64,000 bases of DNA, taken from the NCBI GenBank assembly GCA_038496445.1, contig JALMLS010000585.1:310001-374000 (forward strand), in the 5' to 3' direction. The stretch comes from Trichosphaerium sp. ATCC 40318 (lineage: Eukaryota > Protista > Tubulinea). Of the stretch, positions 11,201 through 24,713 are shown in pieces. The number at the start of each line of letters is the position of its first letter. The stretch's first letter is position 1. The notes under the pieces were generated by a model that was not told where the DNA came from, ran no database searches, and worked only from the letters and a program-made list of their open reading frames with translations. Made by a program: the position numbers and the translations under genes.

Positions 11201-14200
11201 ACAGAGGAGAATAAACTAAAATAACAGTTAATACACGTAGTGAAAGTTTTAAATAACAGTATACGCTTACCTGTGAGTGAAACCAGCTGGGAATGCAATG
11301 GTGACTGGTACAGTTCCTTTGTGAAGATTTACCTCTTCAATATTGGATCTGGTCACAACAGGACACATCTTTCCAATAGCCTCTTTGATAACATCTTCAT
11401 ATGTCTTTTGAGAGTCTGTTCCTTTATCACGAAGGAAAGCGCCAGTTGCAACACGTTTAAGAGAAGTTTCACCTTCCTCAACTTCTACACAGTAAAAGTA
11501 AGAATAAAATAGACAGCACGGTAGGCGTACTTGGATTCAAATAAGCGTGTTTTTCTACAATGTAAAGTCCAACACGAGGGCTTGTTGGTGCGCCATCAAT
11601 AGTTGCCTCAGAGAGGAAGAAGCGCTAATAACAAAGGATAAGTATCACTTCTTTTGAAGATGTAATCAAAAAAACTACAAGAATACGTACAACTGAAGGT
11701 GCTAGTCCGTTTGTTGGCTTAGCAGACTTGACGTAACCAGTACCAAGATATTTAATCTCAATCTGTCTTTCAATAGTTTTACTGTGTGTAGTAGTAATGT
11801 AAAGAGCATGGTTAGCTTCTTCTCGAGCGTATCTAAACGTGAAAAATGAATAAAACGATGATTAATCGAAGAAAAATGGATTTAACTTCAAGTTCTCTCT
11901 TCCTCGTACCTAATGTTTCCACCAGTCAATTTAGCATATTGCTTAGCAGTAATCAATGCAACAACATGATTAGCAATAGTATGAGGTGAGTTGATAACGA
12001 AATAGTATGCTGGGAAACCAAGTTTGTTGAAAAAATAATTGACTTCCTTCTCAGTGACGACTTCACTGTAGGACCTAATCAAGGACATTAAAGACAACTC
12101 TTTGGTGTCAAAACTATACAACATACCCTAAGCGTAATACGAGATTGTATACAATCTTCATTTGATCGGAGTGACCAGAGCCAACTAAACAACTTGTTAG
12201 CCATCCGAACTTTTCAAAAAAAAAAAACGTAAATGAAGAATTCTTGCTTGTACTTACAACTGACAGTTGAATCACTTGAGCTTAGTAGAGTAGATGTGAT
12301 AGTATGATTAGCAAGAGCTCTAATTTTTCCAACAATCTACGTACAACGTCAACAATGGAAAAACGAAATCATTTTGTACCTCAGTTTGTGCAGTACGAGG
12401 TTTCAAATCTCTGAGCTCTAATACAGCGAGAATACGATCTCCGTAACGGATTGGAACGCATAGTAGGTTCTCGAATTTAACAATGATACCAACAGAAGCA
12501 TCTTTGCATTCCTCCAAAGTGTACTAAACAAAAAATGAGTCACAAAAAAAAAAGATTGTATACATTACAAAAAACAACGTACACGTTCAATATCTTTTTG
12601 TTCAGATATCCAGACAGCTTCAGGTTTATCTACGCTGAAACCAACAGCTCCTTTACCATATGGTAGTGTTGTGGCGAGTTTAGAGTGGTACTAAAAAAGA
12701 TATTAACATCAAACAAGTCCAAACAAACAAAATTAAAGAAGTTTTACGCTAAATAGTTATTTTTCAAACTCTGTCGTTATTTAAGTGTTCAAAATACGAT
12801 TAATCGGTATAACGAACCTCTGCTAAAGCGTTCAAGTCATCAGAAAGTGCATACCATAACCCAGGGCATCTTAAATTTTTGTCTTTCTCGTTTGTGATCC
12901 ACACAGCACCTACAGGGTGTAAAGATATCGAAAAAAATGATGAAAATATTATTGGAGTGTTTTAAAGAAAATTCAAAAGGAAAACAACTCCGAGTTTTAT
13001 TTTTCCTTCTCACGTACCATAAGAAAACTTCATATCATCGCAGATAGTCACAATAAGCTCTTGTAAACTAGCCCAAAACTTTGGTGTACCCTAACCACTA
13101 GTTTAAGAACAACAGACGGAGAAACTTCTAATCCAAAAAAAAAAATTACCTTTATTGTATCGATATTCTTGGTCTGTAGAGATCCACTGCGAGATATGAG
13201 ATCCTTAACAGTGTTATGTTGTCCTCTATTAGCATCTTGTAGAGGCGTATTACCCCACCTAAAAACTTCTTAACTCACAAGTTCGGAAAAAAAAGGCCAA
13301 CTTTTTGTAGTTTTATGTTTTTCGAAAAACAACTTTATTACGCTAAAACCAAAAAAGAATTTTTGTTTTCGAAATATAACTTTAGCACTCGAGTGCTTAA
13401 TTTAGTGTACATACCTATCAACAACGTTTACAAACGCTCCATTTTGAATTAAATGATCTACAACCTCTGTTTGACCAGTTAAGGCTGCGCGATGCATAGC
13501 TAGAGCATTTTAGACAACAAATTAGGAAGGAGCTAAATGTACTAGCTATTTTTCCGTACCTGTGCGACTATCGTAATCGAATGCATTTACGTCTACACCA
13601 CTCTTAATGAGGCGTGATACAGCCTCCAAGTCTCCTTCTCTCGCTGCCTCAAAAAACTCGGGTTGCTGAAAAAGGTAAACACAAGTGTATGTCGCCATTA
13701 ACACTATGAAGCGTTCTAAGGCGTATTTCAAGCCGTACCAGAGATTTTAGAGTGTTTTTGTTGGCTCCTTTACTAACTAGATAACGTGCAACCGCAACGT
13801 GCTTGTGACGAGTAGCATCGCTTAGTGGAGTACCGCCCCACCTGAACTTACATCAGCAAAGTGAGGTGAACCAAAATTTAACGTTACAGTTTTTTGTAGT
13901 TTAAGAAAACGTCAATAACAGTGCTACGTACCTATCTTCGGCGTTTACGTCGGTTTTGACGGTTTCAACTAAAAACTTTACTGTTTCGATGTGACCTTCC
14001 GCAGATGCAAGATGGAGAGGTGTGCGCAAGTCGTAATCGGGTTTACTTAGGTCCCAGCTTTTCGCGTGGTAACCCTAAAAAGGGGTGTTGAAAAACATAA
14101 CTCATACTAACTGTTTTATACCTTTAACTCTTCAAGCGCTCCTTTGGATGCTGCTAAGATTACTTTGAATGCGTCAGCGTCAAGAGAAGCCAAGATCATT

Positions 14201-14235
14201 GGCATAGACGGCTTTTTAGCAAGTTCAGATGTCAT
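8251..14235 (-). CDS. gdh2: NAD-specific (large, Gdh2-type) glutamate dehydrogenase with N-terminal ankyrin repeats and a GAF-like domain
   Basis: GDH motifs: GFHIRFSDIARGGIR, QFKKNKDIPEGGSKG, FCGPDEGTA, GGIPHDRYGMTT, QTGGPDGDLGSNEI, FFVPCGGRP, IVEGANLF, KDASANKGGVTSSS. Upstream in-frame exons encode ANK repeats (DYDLRTPLHLASAEGH; DRWGNTPLQDA) and a GAF-like segment (LPYGKGAVG...LLCVPIRYGDRILAVLEL). Confidence 0.88.
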
Positions 14236-16100
14236 TTTTTATGTATTATGACTGTAATTGCCGTCTCTGTAGAAATTTATGTATCTGGCTGGGGAAGCGC
14301 AAAATTGAATTCTCGTGACTTTGCAAGTTTTGGGGTGAAATTGGGTCGTGATAACACGTGAATGTCGCAATTTTTCGAAAACAGGCGTATTTGCGCGTGC
14401 CCGTTCCTTTACATACGCGTTTTCGCTAGTCCGAGCGGTTTGAACATCATATGATGTTCAATAATGTGCTGTGACCTCCATTTACATTTTATAATGTTCT
14501 GTAAGCAAGCTCAAAACACCGAACAGCAAAAATGATGCTTTTGCTAACGAAATTCTTGCTGCCAAACCGTGAACTGTTCTGTTAAATGAAGTATAGGATT
14601 ACTACACGCGCTAGTAGCACGTTGGTGGGTTGAAACCATAACTTTGGTCCTTCTGTAACCGTATCAAGTACACTGTACACTTCCTGCGTAGTTTGATGAA
14701 GTAGAGAATACTTTAAGAGCTGTGGTTGTTATTTGAGAGCGTTAGAATTTTGATTTTGGGAACAGAAAGTAGTTTTTTCAACTTAACGCACTCACAACCC
14801 TTGCCTTAACGCCCCAGGACGCTGTTCTTGCTTTGTATCCGGCAATTCAGACAGCGGTACAAAAGACCGCGAACTTTGGGAACGTACTACCCTTCTGTGG
14901 TACATGCAGTCAAAAATAAAAAGCATTACTTGCCTGTCATAATCCGCTTGTATCTGACGCCTGTTCAAGTGGCTGGCGTGTACTACAAAGTGTAAACAAA
15001 AAGGTTAGTTCAACTACCTTTTGGGATTCCCAATGTATTGGTCTAGGCATCGTGTACAGTAGCAAAGCACTTCCAACTGAACTAAATATTTTTCAAAATG
15101 CTGGAAAGATGGGTTAGAGTCGAAATGACTTTGATACTACTGTCCTTAAGGTTTGCATTTTATTCTTTTTACAAGGTCGTTATAACATTGTACTGATACT
15201 ACAGAATCATCTCTCCGTCGTGACATAGTTCAATAGTTTAAACCAAAAAAAAGGCTTGATCACGGTTTATTGCGTTTAGCCATACAGTAGTTACGCACGT
15301 GTACGGGATTTTATAAGGGCCCGGTGAACTTGGAACAAACGGACCGTTGCACGTGGCACTCTAAATGCCTTCGGCGTCTTTAGTTATTTCCCAAATCCTG
15401 ACACAACTGGTGTTTGTATCAGCGCGTGGTACTCTTCTCGATAGTTTTAGTTGCGTTTACTATTGTACCAGTGACTTGGTCGGTCATTTCGAGGCCGTTT
15501 GTCGTTGATAAAGAGTAGTATACTTTGCCGTCAGGTAGTAGCTGTTTGGTCCTTAGCACCTTGTCTTGGTGTAATCTAGGTAGAACCAAAGTTTAAGCTT
15601 CGCACCTGTACAAGTGAAGTGGGGAGCAGGATTGTTACCTATCTGTTAGGTAAGTATTATAAATGTGTTATCAAGCACAACAAACTGAAAGAAGTAAGCC
15701 ACTGTGCAGTATGCACAGTCTTCTTTCAGCAAAGCGCATACAATCAAACCCATGTCACTTGTCAGCCACAATTCCGAGCATCTTACTTGTACATTAACGC
15801 CTTCAAAGACTTGCCATAGTGTTTTGTAACTGGGCAAAATAATTTTAGCTTTGGACTGCCAAACGTGTCAAAATGTCGACGCGAGCATTTTGCTACCTTT
15901 TAAGTACAATCTTAAATATTTAGGGGCCAATGTACTCATTGTGACTCTCCAGTAGAATAAATTAAGAGATACAGTTCTTGATGATGAATTTGTTAAGTCG
16001 TTTGTGTGCACGGTTTACGAGAAAAGTTAACTTACTTTCTTCGCAACCATCTGGGAAGATTGGTTAAAAAGCTATATAAAGGGTAATCGCTTAGTACCGA

Positions 16101-18817
16101 ATGGGTAGAAGTAGGCTTGTTTTTACCTTGTTATGCGTACTGCTGTACATTTTTTGTATAAACTGTCAAACAAACACAACTGTTGGTACGTAATTGCGTA
16201 GAGTTGACGCGTACCCAAAAACAAAGGAAAATTAAAATCTGTATGCCGAATTAACGTTTAAACAGCGCCAACTGTTCCACCTAGTACAGCAAGCCCATCT
16301 ACAGCTCCAGTTGTCCCAATAGCTCCAATAACGCCAATCGCGCCCGTTGCTCCTGTAGGGCCAACTACAGCGCCTGTGGTGCCAATAACGCCAACAACAG
16401 CTTCACCAACAGCTACGCCATCAACAATAGCTCCCTCCATCGCACCAACTACACTTCCGCCTACTACCCTTGCTCCAGTGCCTCCTACGCCTGTAGATAC
16501 GTGCGTGTACATAGCTACTAATGGAAATGATGAGGTATGGATTTTTTTTTTGGATTAAACATGCGAACATTAAATGATTTTTGATAGGCTGATGGGTCGA
16601 GGAAAAACCCTTTTAAGACTCTTCAGAAGGCCTTATCTGTTGGCAGTAGGATATGTGCATATTGTGCGTAAATTATTGGTGTTTTTTGTTGTTCTAGCAG
16701 TCGAAGATTATGTTCTTATTATTTTCTTTTTTTTTAGATGGATTTTACAATAGCGAAGCACCGATTGTTGTTGACAAAAATTTCACACTTGAATGCTTCG
16801 CGAACAACACTAAAAGTTATTGTGAAGGAACAGTATTACCAAATTGGAGTACAGTCACTGTATGTTCAGTTTCGGAACAGTACAAAACTTTTTGTTAATA
16901 TTTTTCTTCAGACTTTTACTCTTATGGCGCATAAAAATTACGTGATTGATATTACAAATATTGGATCAGGATTCTCTTTCCATGGTGACGATACAATTTT
17001 AAAAGCTTCTTTCGAGAACGTACACTGGAATGATTTTCGTAAGTGTTCAAAAAGTTGCCTTTGTCTTTGTTTTAACAAAAAAAAAGGAGGTATTGTTTGG
17101 ATTGGGCTAGGCAGCTTGGTTTTCACAGATTCTTGGTTTAAAAACTCTACAATTACGATGCACCCACGTAAGATGAATAATCGTTACTACTAAGAAATAA
17201 CGTCTTTAGATACTGAAGGTGATAATCTCATTGTGTTCATGGACAAGTGTATCTTTGAAACAACTACTGTTACTTCTTGGGGTAATAATTTTTTTCTTTT
17301 CCACGTGATATCTCTCTAAATTTTTTGGTGTTATTTTGTTCCATTGTAATCAGCGATTGGTGATAACTAACTTGACTACAATGGACAACAATTTGCAAAA
17401 TAACTCGAGATAAAAAAACTAGTTTGGAGAAAGCCTTTCTTTGTTTTTTTCTCTTGTGTTCTAACTTTTTTGATTAGCGAGTATATCTACTGTTCGTGAT
17501 TCCTCGTCAGTAGCATCAAGCTTCAGTTTTAAATCCTCTGCGTTATTCTTTATGGGAAATGTGATTAATGCCTTTTCTGGTAGCGCACGTGATTTTTTAT
17601 TGTTTAAATTTTAGTTAGATTGAATTACTTGTTAAACCTTATTGTAGGTTCCAGTTCTAGACGCTGCAATTTCTAGTAGCCTCACTGTAACTAAGAACTT
17701 ATTTCAAAACTGTGAAATTAGAGTTACTGCTCCTGTTAAGTTTACGACAGTCGGTGTAACCGCTTCTAGTGAGCTTCATAATTTAACTTTTACGGAAAAC
17801 ACTTTTAAAAATAATACAATGTACAATGTATACAACCAAGTACGTGCTCTCAACCTGTCACTTGTTGAAAAGTGTGTATTTTCACTTACAGTTTAATTAC
17901 AATAGCAAAGCCAGAAGGACATACCAAGTGTGAGTATACCATTAAAAGCGAAGAAATATGACCTCAAAGATAACTCTCAAGAACCTAAAGGTTAGTTTTT
18001 TTCTTCTCAACAAAATGAGCTCGTGTCTGTTGTGTTACGTACTAACATATTTTTCTTAAATCAAGCTGTTTGTGGTAAAGGAAGTTTTTCAACTGGATAT
18101 ATACTTGTATGCGACGTATGTCCTAGAGGTGAAATCAGTAAAGATCCTGCAAGTGACAAATGCACACCGTGCAACACAAATAAGAGAGAGTATACGCGAA
18201 CTACTGGCGCTTCATCTTGTCTTCCATGTGCTTCGAGGAATGTTTATTCCTCTGTAAATGGCGTATATAGCTGTGTTATTTGTGCTGAAGGTAGCCAAAC
18301 AAAACACTTTTTTCTTTTTTTTTTCTTTTGTAGTTGAACTCATTCTTTTTAGGTGAGTACAAAGATACAAATGTTGGAGTTGATGGAGCATGTAAAAAAT
18401 GTGGATCAATACACAAGATATCGTCTGATGGCCTTACGTGTTCGGGTGCGTAATGACACTATTTAATGAGATTCCAAAAAATATAAGTCAGTGATGAGTT
18501 TTTTTTAAGTTCTTTAGCATTTATAGAGCTTGAGTTATCTTGACTAATTTATATTTTTAGTTGGCGGTGCTACCTTTACAGGCATGATAGTAGGAATAAT
18601 TTTTGGATTGATTGTTATACGTGAGTCACAATTTGAGTTCCTTTTTTTTTTTTTTTTTTTTGTATTGTAAACTTGTTCTGAATGTTCTGCTTAGTGGCTA
18701 TAACTGGCTTCTTTATCCGTCAACAATGTTATATTAAAGCACATAAAAGAGTACATTATAATGATATCTTTATAAAAATAATACTGATAAAAATACTAGG
18801 AATATGAGGCTTTGTAA
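16101..18817 (+). CDS. Type I membrane protein: signal peptide, Pro/Thr mucin-like stretch, DUF1565-like/right-handed beta-helix region, Cys-rich CxxC repeats, TM
   Basis: MGRSRLVFTLLCVLLYIFCINC signal; PT-rich 16260-16500; VYIATNGND-E-ADGSRKNPFKTLQKAL; FxNN beta-helix repeats; CDVCPRGEISK...CTPC repeats; TM near 18560-18720; stop TAA 18815-18817. Confidence 0.7.
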
Positions 18818-19345
18818 TAAAACCAAAAAAAAATAATAAAAACCAATATGTCACAATTTTTCGTTTCTACACTTGCCTATAATCTTTACTGTAGATATAT
18901 ATGTGCCAGTTGTTTGGCAACCTTGTTTCAAGTTCACTGGTGTAAGGTTTTACCATGTTGTTATTTCACCGTTTATGTTAAGACCTTAAGATAATTGGTG
19001 ATTGAGTAATGCAAGTTATGTGCCAGAATAGTGTCTTGCCTCATTCAAGTTTTCACTATTCTAGTGAATTTCAAGCGGTAAGGATAACAGATGCGATAGT
19101 GAATCTACTTTTATTAGTGTTTTAAACCTGCCATTACTTTACGAGGGTTCTTCAAATATTTTTACTACTGACATAGTTACATTGTCTAAGGCACCATCTC
19201 TTTCACTGTATTTTACCCGTGGTTTACTGTTGTCATCAAATCTTCGTCAGCCAATACTGGAAAGAAATATATGAAAAAAGTGACTTAATCTGCTTAAGAT
19301 CGATTCCGTGATACTAAACAAAGCCTTTTTACCAACGACAACACA

Positions 19346-20449
19346 ATGCCAAAAGGTTCAAATAAAACTCTTGAACAACCAAAACAACCAGAGAATTTGG
19401 TGGCGAAAGTAATAGTGGTTGGAGACTCTGGTACGCAACGTGACATTTGCAGTAGTCACGTTACGCACTTATAACTCTTGTTTTTTAATTGACTCAAACC
19501 CTGTTTCACTCTAGGTGTTGGAAAGACCTCTATTTTGCGTAGATACGTGTACAATGATCACGAGAGTTATAACAGTACGATAGGAGCAGCGTTTGTATGT
19601 CAGAAGCAACTTCGCTTTTTTATTTTATTTGAAAACATGTCACGTGACTGACTTTTTTAGCTTACAAAGGAAGTGTCAGGAAAGACTATTCAAACCATTA
19701 AAATTCAGTTGTGGGAGTAAGTCAACAGCCCAGCATCACTAGAATTTAACCTAAGTGCGCTCTCTAGCACAGCTGGGAGGGAACGATTCCAAACAATTCG
19801 TGCTAGTACGACATTTTTCTTCGTTGTTTTTTCTTAGTTGCTAGGCTGGTTTTACCGTGATGCGCATATAGCACTACTGGTGTTCGATATCGCATGTAGG
19901 AGGTCGTTTGAGTATCTCGACGGCTTTAGAGAGGAACTTTTGAAGTACCAAAAAGACCCAACTGACGTAAGGAATTATGATAAATATTTTGAGTGCATTT
20001 TCTAAAACCACTTTTGTTTAGATTAAATGTATTGTCATAGGAAATAAATGTGATCTAGATGGAGATAGAGTTGTATCGAAAAAACAAATACAAGAGCTCG
20101 TTACATATTGGGAGTGTCCATATTATGAAGTTAGTGCTAAAACGGTAAGCGCAACCTTTCCTTTTTTGATGCTAAAGTTGTATCTGCAAAGTACGAATTG
20201 CTTCCAATAAAATCCTTGAAGCATAAGCTAATTTTAGGGCTCTTTTTCATAGGATATGAAGATTTGCTAACTCTTGTTTTTACAAAGGGACATAACATTC
20301 ATGAAATGTTTGCAGACATAGCACGTGTGACTGAGACTTCATTGTTGGCCAAATTACGCCCTAAGCCTACCGTAATGGCGGAGGAACCTAAGCAAGATCA
20401 AAATACAAGTTTGTTTAGCTACCTTGCATCATGGTTCGGCTATAAATAA
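19346..20449 (+). CDS. Atypical Rab-family small GTPase (Q->R in G3, no C-terminal Cys)
   Basis: KVIVVGDSGVGKTS, STIGAAF, WDTAGRERF, GNKCD, EVSAKTG across 7 exons; ends ...LFSYLASWFGYK*. Confidence 0.88.
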
Positions 20450-20996
20450 ATAATCAAGGTTGTAAATGAAATAAATACAAACTGTTTGTTGCAAGACATC
20501 CAATAGGTGCTATTTTCCAATTATCTACTGACGCACCATTTATCAAACTGTTCAAGAATCCCCAGCTAAAAACCAGTTAGTTTTTTGCCTACAAAACCGT
20601 GACAAGTTTGACAGGGTTCAAAAAATTCCGTAATATACAGAACGTGTGCAAGGTTTGTCAACAACTTGGCTTAGAATTTCAACGTGAATTTTCTGTTGTA
20701 GGATAAGAGCTTCAGATTTCTTTGACCGAAAATGTGACAAGAAAGGAAGCAACAAAGAGTTATTCAATGAAGCTGTTTCAAGCTCTTTGTCCCACCACTC
20801 GTTAGCAAGGTAAGGTGGACATACTGAAACGTGCAGTTGTGCTACATGACAGTCTTGTTATTTAAGTTGGTCACATTTTCCAAACATGACATACGCAAAA
20901 GTCACATACTTTTACTTGCGTGTACACTATTGAATGAGTCATTACACTTGAATCTTAATTCTGTATTAGTGCTCAATGAGATGAAGCTTTTATTAT

Positions 20997-22653
20997 TCAA
21001 TCTTCTAGCGTTGGATCAGTAGTCATCTTTCTTAAGTTCCATGGCAAAACTGCTCTTCTTACTCCAGGAACAAGGAATGCAACCAAAATAAAAAGTATAA
21101 CAGCCTTTAACATCAGTTAGAGAACAGACAGCTAAACGCGGTTTTTTTTCACGTGCCAATACTATTGCACCAACTGTTGCCCCAACTATGATTCCCATGT
21201 TACCCGAGCAATCCCTTGTATGTATCAATATTGCAAGCCTGTTGTATTGAGTTAAAGGGGATATGCAGGTTTGATAAGAAATACCCTCTGCTATGTTGTT
21301 CTGGTTTGACGTCAGCACATTCATTGGCTTGATTTATAATTTCAGCGCTTCCATTGAAACATGGAGAAATAATAACATCAATTCTCTTGTCAGATGACTT
21401 GTCTACATTGGATACATCAATCGAAAGTGAACTGTTTGGTAATATTGACACACAACCTAATAGAGTTGAGTAAATTGGAAGTATTCAGAGTGTACGTATT
21501 CGATAAATTAGCAGTACCTGATACATTCAATAGATTCTCTGTTTGACCAAGCACCAATATCACATTACCACTATTTGTTAAGTCTCCGTTTATGATTGTT
21601 GGTTTTGATACTATCAAAGGCGAATCTTGATCAGAAGATATCAAGTAATCTCCATCGAATGAGCAACCTTGACCAGTATCATTGCATTGAAGGCAAGTGA
21701 TTTCTTCACACAATACTAGAAAACAGAATATACAAATTACTATTAAAATACAGGCTGGTTTAATATTAAAAAGAAACGTGCTTGTTGCTACTGATGGCGC
21801 CTCTGTGGGTGCTTCAGATGGAATCGCAGTTGGTTGATGAGTAGGTACGCTGGTAGGAGGCTCAGTTGGTTGAGGTACACAAGAACACGACTCAAACGAC
21901 ACAAGAAGTCCTCAAATCACGCCATAGTCATACACATTAAAGCTCAGAGTGTGGTTTCCAGAACTCGCCGTCAAATTAAAGTCATCACTATTTTCATACG
22001 CATCGTGAAAGATATTGAAAGTATGTGGAATATCCTCATTATTCAACGACACTCTTCCAATAATATTATCTACCCAGATCCTCAGTGTTAAACTGCATTC
22101 TACGAAGATAATAAACAAACAACTTTCGCTTAAAAATTAAAATGTTCACCATAATCCTGTTCAACTTGAAATGTTGTTGAAAAGTTTGCGAATCCTGTAT
22201 GGTTACCAAAACCTTGCCATGTTATCCAAGAGCTCTATTGTTATTTCAGAAAAAATAATATTCAATCACGTGACGGTCACATACAGGTTTGAAGCTCGTA
22301 AAGTTCACAGGATGAACGTAACTTCCGGTCAAATATGGTAGACTATACGATGAACAGCAGCCTTGAAGATCAGGTGCGCCATCTCCAAAACAATTCGAAA
22401 ATTCAGGTATTGTGCTGTTACAAATACGCCAGTGCGTGTCGCGAACTTGAGGTGATTGTACAGGCAGATGAACAAAAGAATCATCTACACCTGACTCATT
22501 TTTGTTAAAACGCTTCGTGAAGGTAATTCAATGCGCACCTGTTGGGTACAGACCAATATCACTCAAACATTGCCTTGTTTCTGCTTCATAGGGCGTGTAT
22601 GACAGAATTATAGTAAAAGAAGCTAATAACAGTAAAATAACTAAGTATGGCAT
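20997..22653 (-). CDS. Unknown type I membrane protein with Pro/Thr stalk, paralogue 1 of 3
   Basis: Signal peptide MPYLVILLLLASF; Cys-containing beta-rich domain; PTEP repeats; TM GIIVGATVGAIVL-AVILFILVAFLVPGVRR. Nearly identical to the copies at 30475 and 33313. Confidence 0.8.
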
Positions 22654-24713
22654 CTAACGTTGCGAATGTCTTAGTGAATATGTTTTTTGCGAAGTGTAAG
22701 TAAATTTGAACTTGGTCACGTGCCATTTTTTGCACAATTAAATGTGTTTTTGTACAAGACACTTTTTTTGTCTATGAGTTGTAAACTCTTTGGCCAGTGT
22801 ATGTCTGTTCGTTATAACAATACGTAACGAAACAAAGGATTTGACCATTGGTTATGCCTTCCTAAACTATCTTCGTGATTGGTTCTAAGAAAAGTACATG
22901 AGCAATGTGATTGTTCTGACACACTTACTTGACAAATTCACTGGCCAGGGAAAAGCTTGTTACTCTATACGGTAAAGAACCTTATCAGCGCTTCACTGTA
23001 CCTGGCTATGTGTACTACTGTAGCGAAGCTATTTTTAAAGATAGGAGTATTTAGTGTAAAATCTGCTCCTGCTGTGCGTACGTGATAATATCCACCTGAT
23101 CCAACCGTATGCAAGTTAGCTAGGAGACACCTTCCTGACGCTAATATCTATCTTCTGAAGCAAAGGAAACCGTACTTAGTAATTTCGCATGAGGCTGGCA
23201 AATAATGATTCACTTAAGTACTCCAATCTTGGTATCACCTTTTAAAATTGACATAGTAACTTTTCACTTGCTTTCGCCATTTGCGGTGCAACTTTGTAAA
23301 TGATTTTTCTGAGCGAAAAAAAAAAACACATGATTATTTTGCCAACTAAACGAAATTCGGAACAACACTAAGTATTCTTGTGAATAGCAACGGTACAGTA
23401 TAACAACAGATTGTACGTATATAAGACGACTGCTGTGCGTAAATACAGCGATTTAAACAAAGCTTAGTCACCCAACAAGCCAATACACCTCCATAATTCA
23501 TTAGATGATGTTTCTTTATGTATGGGGCATTTTTCTTTTTTCGTTAGTGTTGTGTTTTAACGTAGAACGTAGCTTCATCTATGCCCGCGACCTGGGTGTA
23601 TACGTTATATTATGTATAAACGCTAGCGCCATTAGAAGTTGTGTGTACTTTTTATTTGGGTAGAATGTACGTACAAAAACAGCTTCTCCTTTCTCTCATT
23701 CAACACTACACTTTAGCTTAATACCTTATTGTAGGAAACCATTGGTAGCGTGTTTCGTCTTACAGGCCGACTGCGATAAGAGTCAACGACTGTTATTATT
23801 ATGTTCCGCATGCACGTACGGTCGCGTATTTGGCTAAAACATTCTTTACAAATATTTTGTCCGAAGGCTTCATCAGGTTACCACTCTCAGCCGACTTGGA
23901 GATCCAGCACTGCTAATGAGCTCTACTGGTAACAAAGAACAATGCCATAATGGATCACTTTGTGTTTCAAATACCTTATATTTGTCACGTGATCCTAAAA
24001 AACCCTTTTGGCACCTCTTTACAGGATGGTACTACTTATTACCGCATTTTTTTCCTTATCGAACTACCAATTTTTTTAAAAGCCCAAGCTTTCTAATTTC
24101 ATGTAGGATATTATAACAACAAATTTTAGTCATGTATTTAAACACTTTCGCAACCAATTTCGCGTTTTTCCAACATACATATTCGACTGCTAGAGTGGGC
24201 TAAACCATACATTGGCGCACGTGATTTCAGAAAAATAGAACATGCGCCTATAAGGCCAAGAGATTCCATAAATGATTTTGGCAGTTTTTATTAGCGTAAG
24301 GAAAACGTTACTTCGGACTAACTCAATTCGCTTACAGACTACAGAAAGCATATTCTTGTGAGTGGAAAAGGAATATCAAACAATGTTGTATCAACAGTAT
24401 ACTTATGATTATATGGACACAAGATACAAATGTTGTAAATACAGCGATATAAAGAAAGCTACTTCAGACAACTTATTTCTTGGTCTTATATCGCTGTCAC
24501 ATAGTGTTTTAATCAAAAAATACCCAACGACCTATCTTTGGCAGTATATTCACAACCCAAACCATAACATGCCAATTTCTTATATGCTGGTGATGGTAAT
24601 AAGAAAATGACATAACGGCGCTCAGTAATATGAACACACTTTGGTAGCGACGCTAGTTTCTGGACTTGTGAACAATTATTCCAACGCAAAACAACACAAG
24701 TATCTCTTCAGCA

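Noticed and set aside
14300-16050. Long intergenic region with short ORFs and small hairpins
   Set aside because: No coherent exon chain or RNA fold seen; consistent with divergent promoter DNA.
16258-16512. Minus-strand ORF resembling collagen-like GATGAIG repeats
   Set aside because: It is the antisense of the Pro/Thr stalk of the + strand surface protein.
22700-24700. Intergenic ORFs 23916-24116 and 24362-24610
   Set aside because: No domain, splice structure or homologue in the window; likely chance ORFs.
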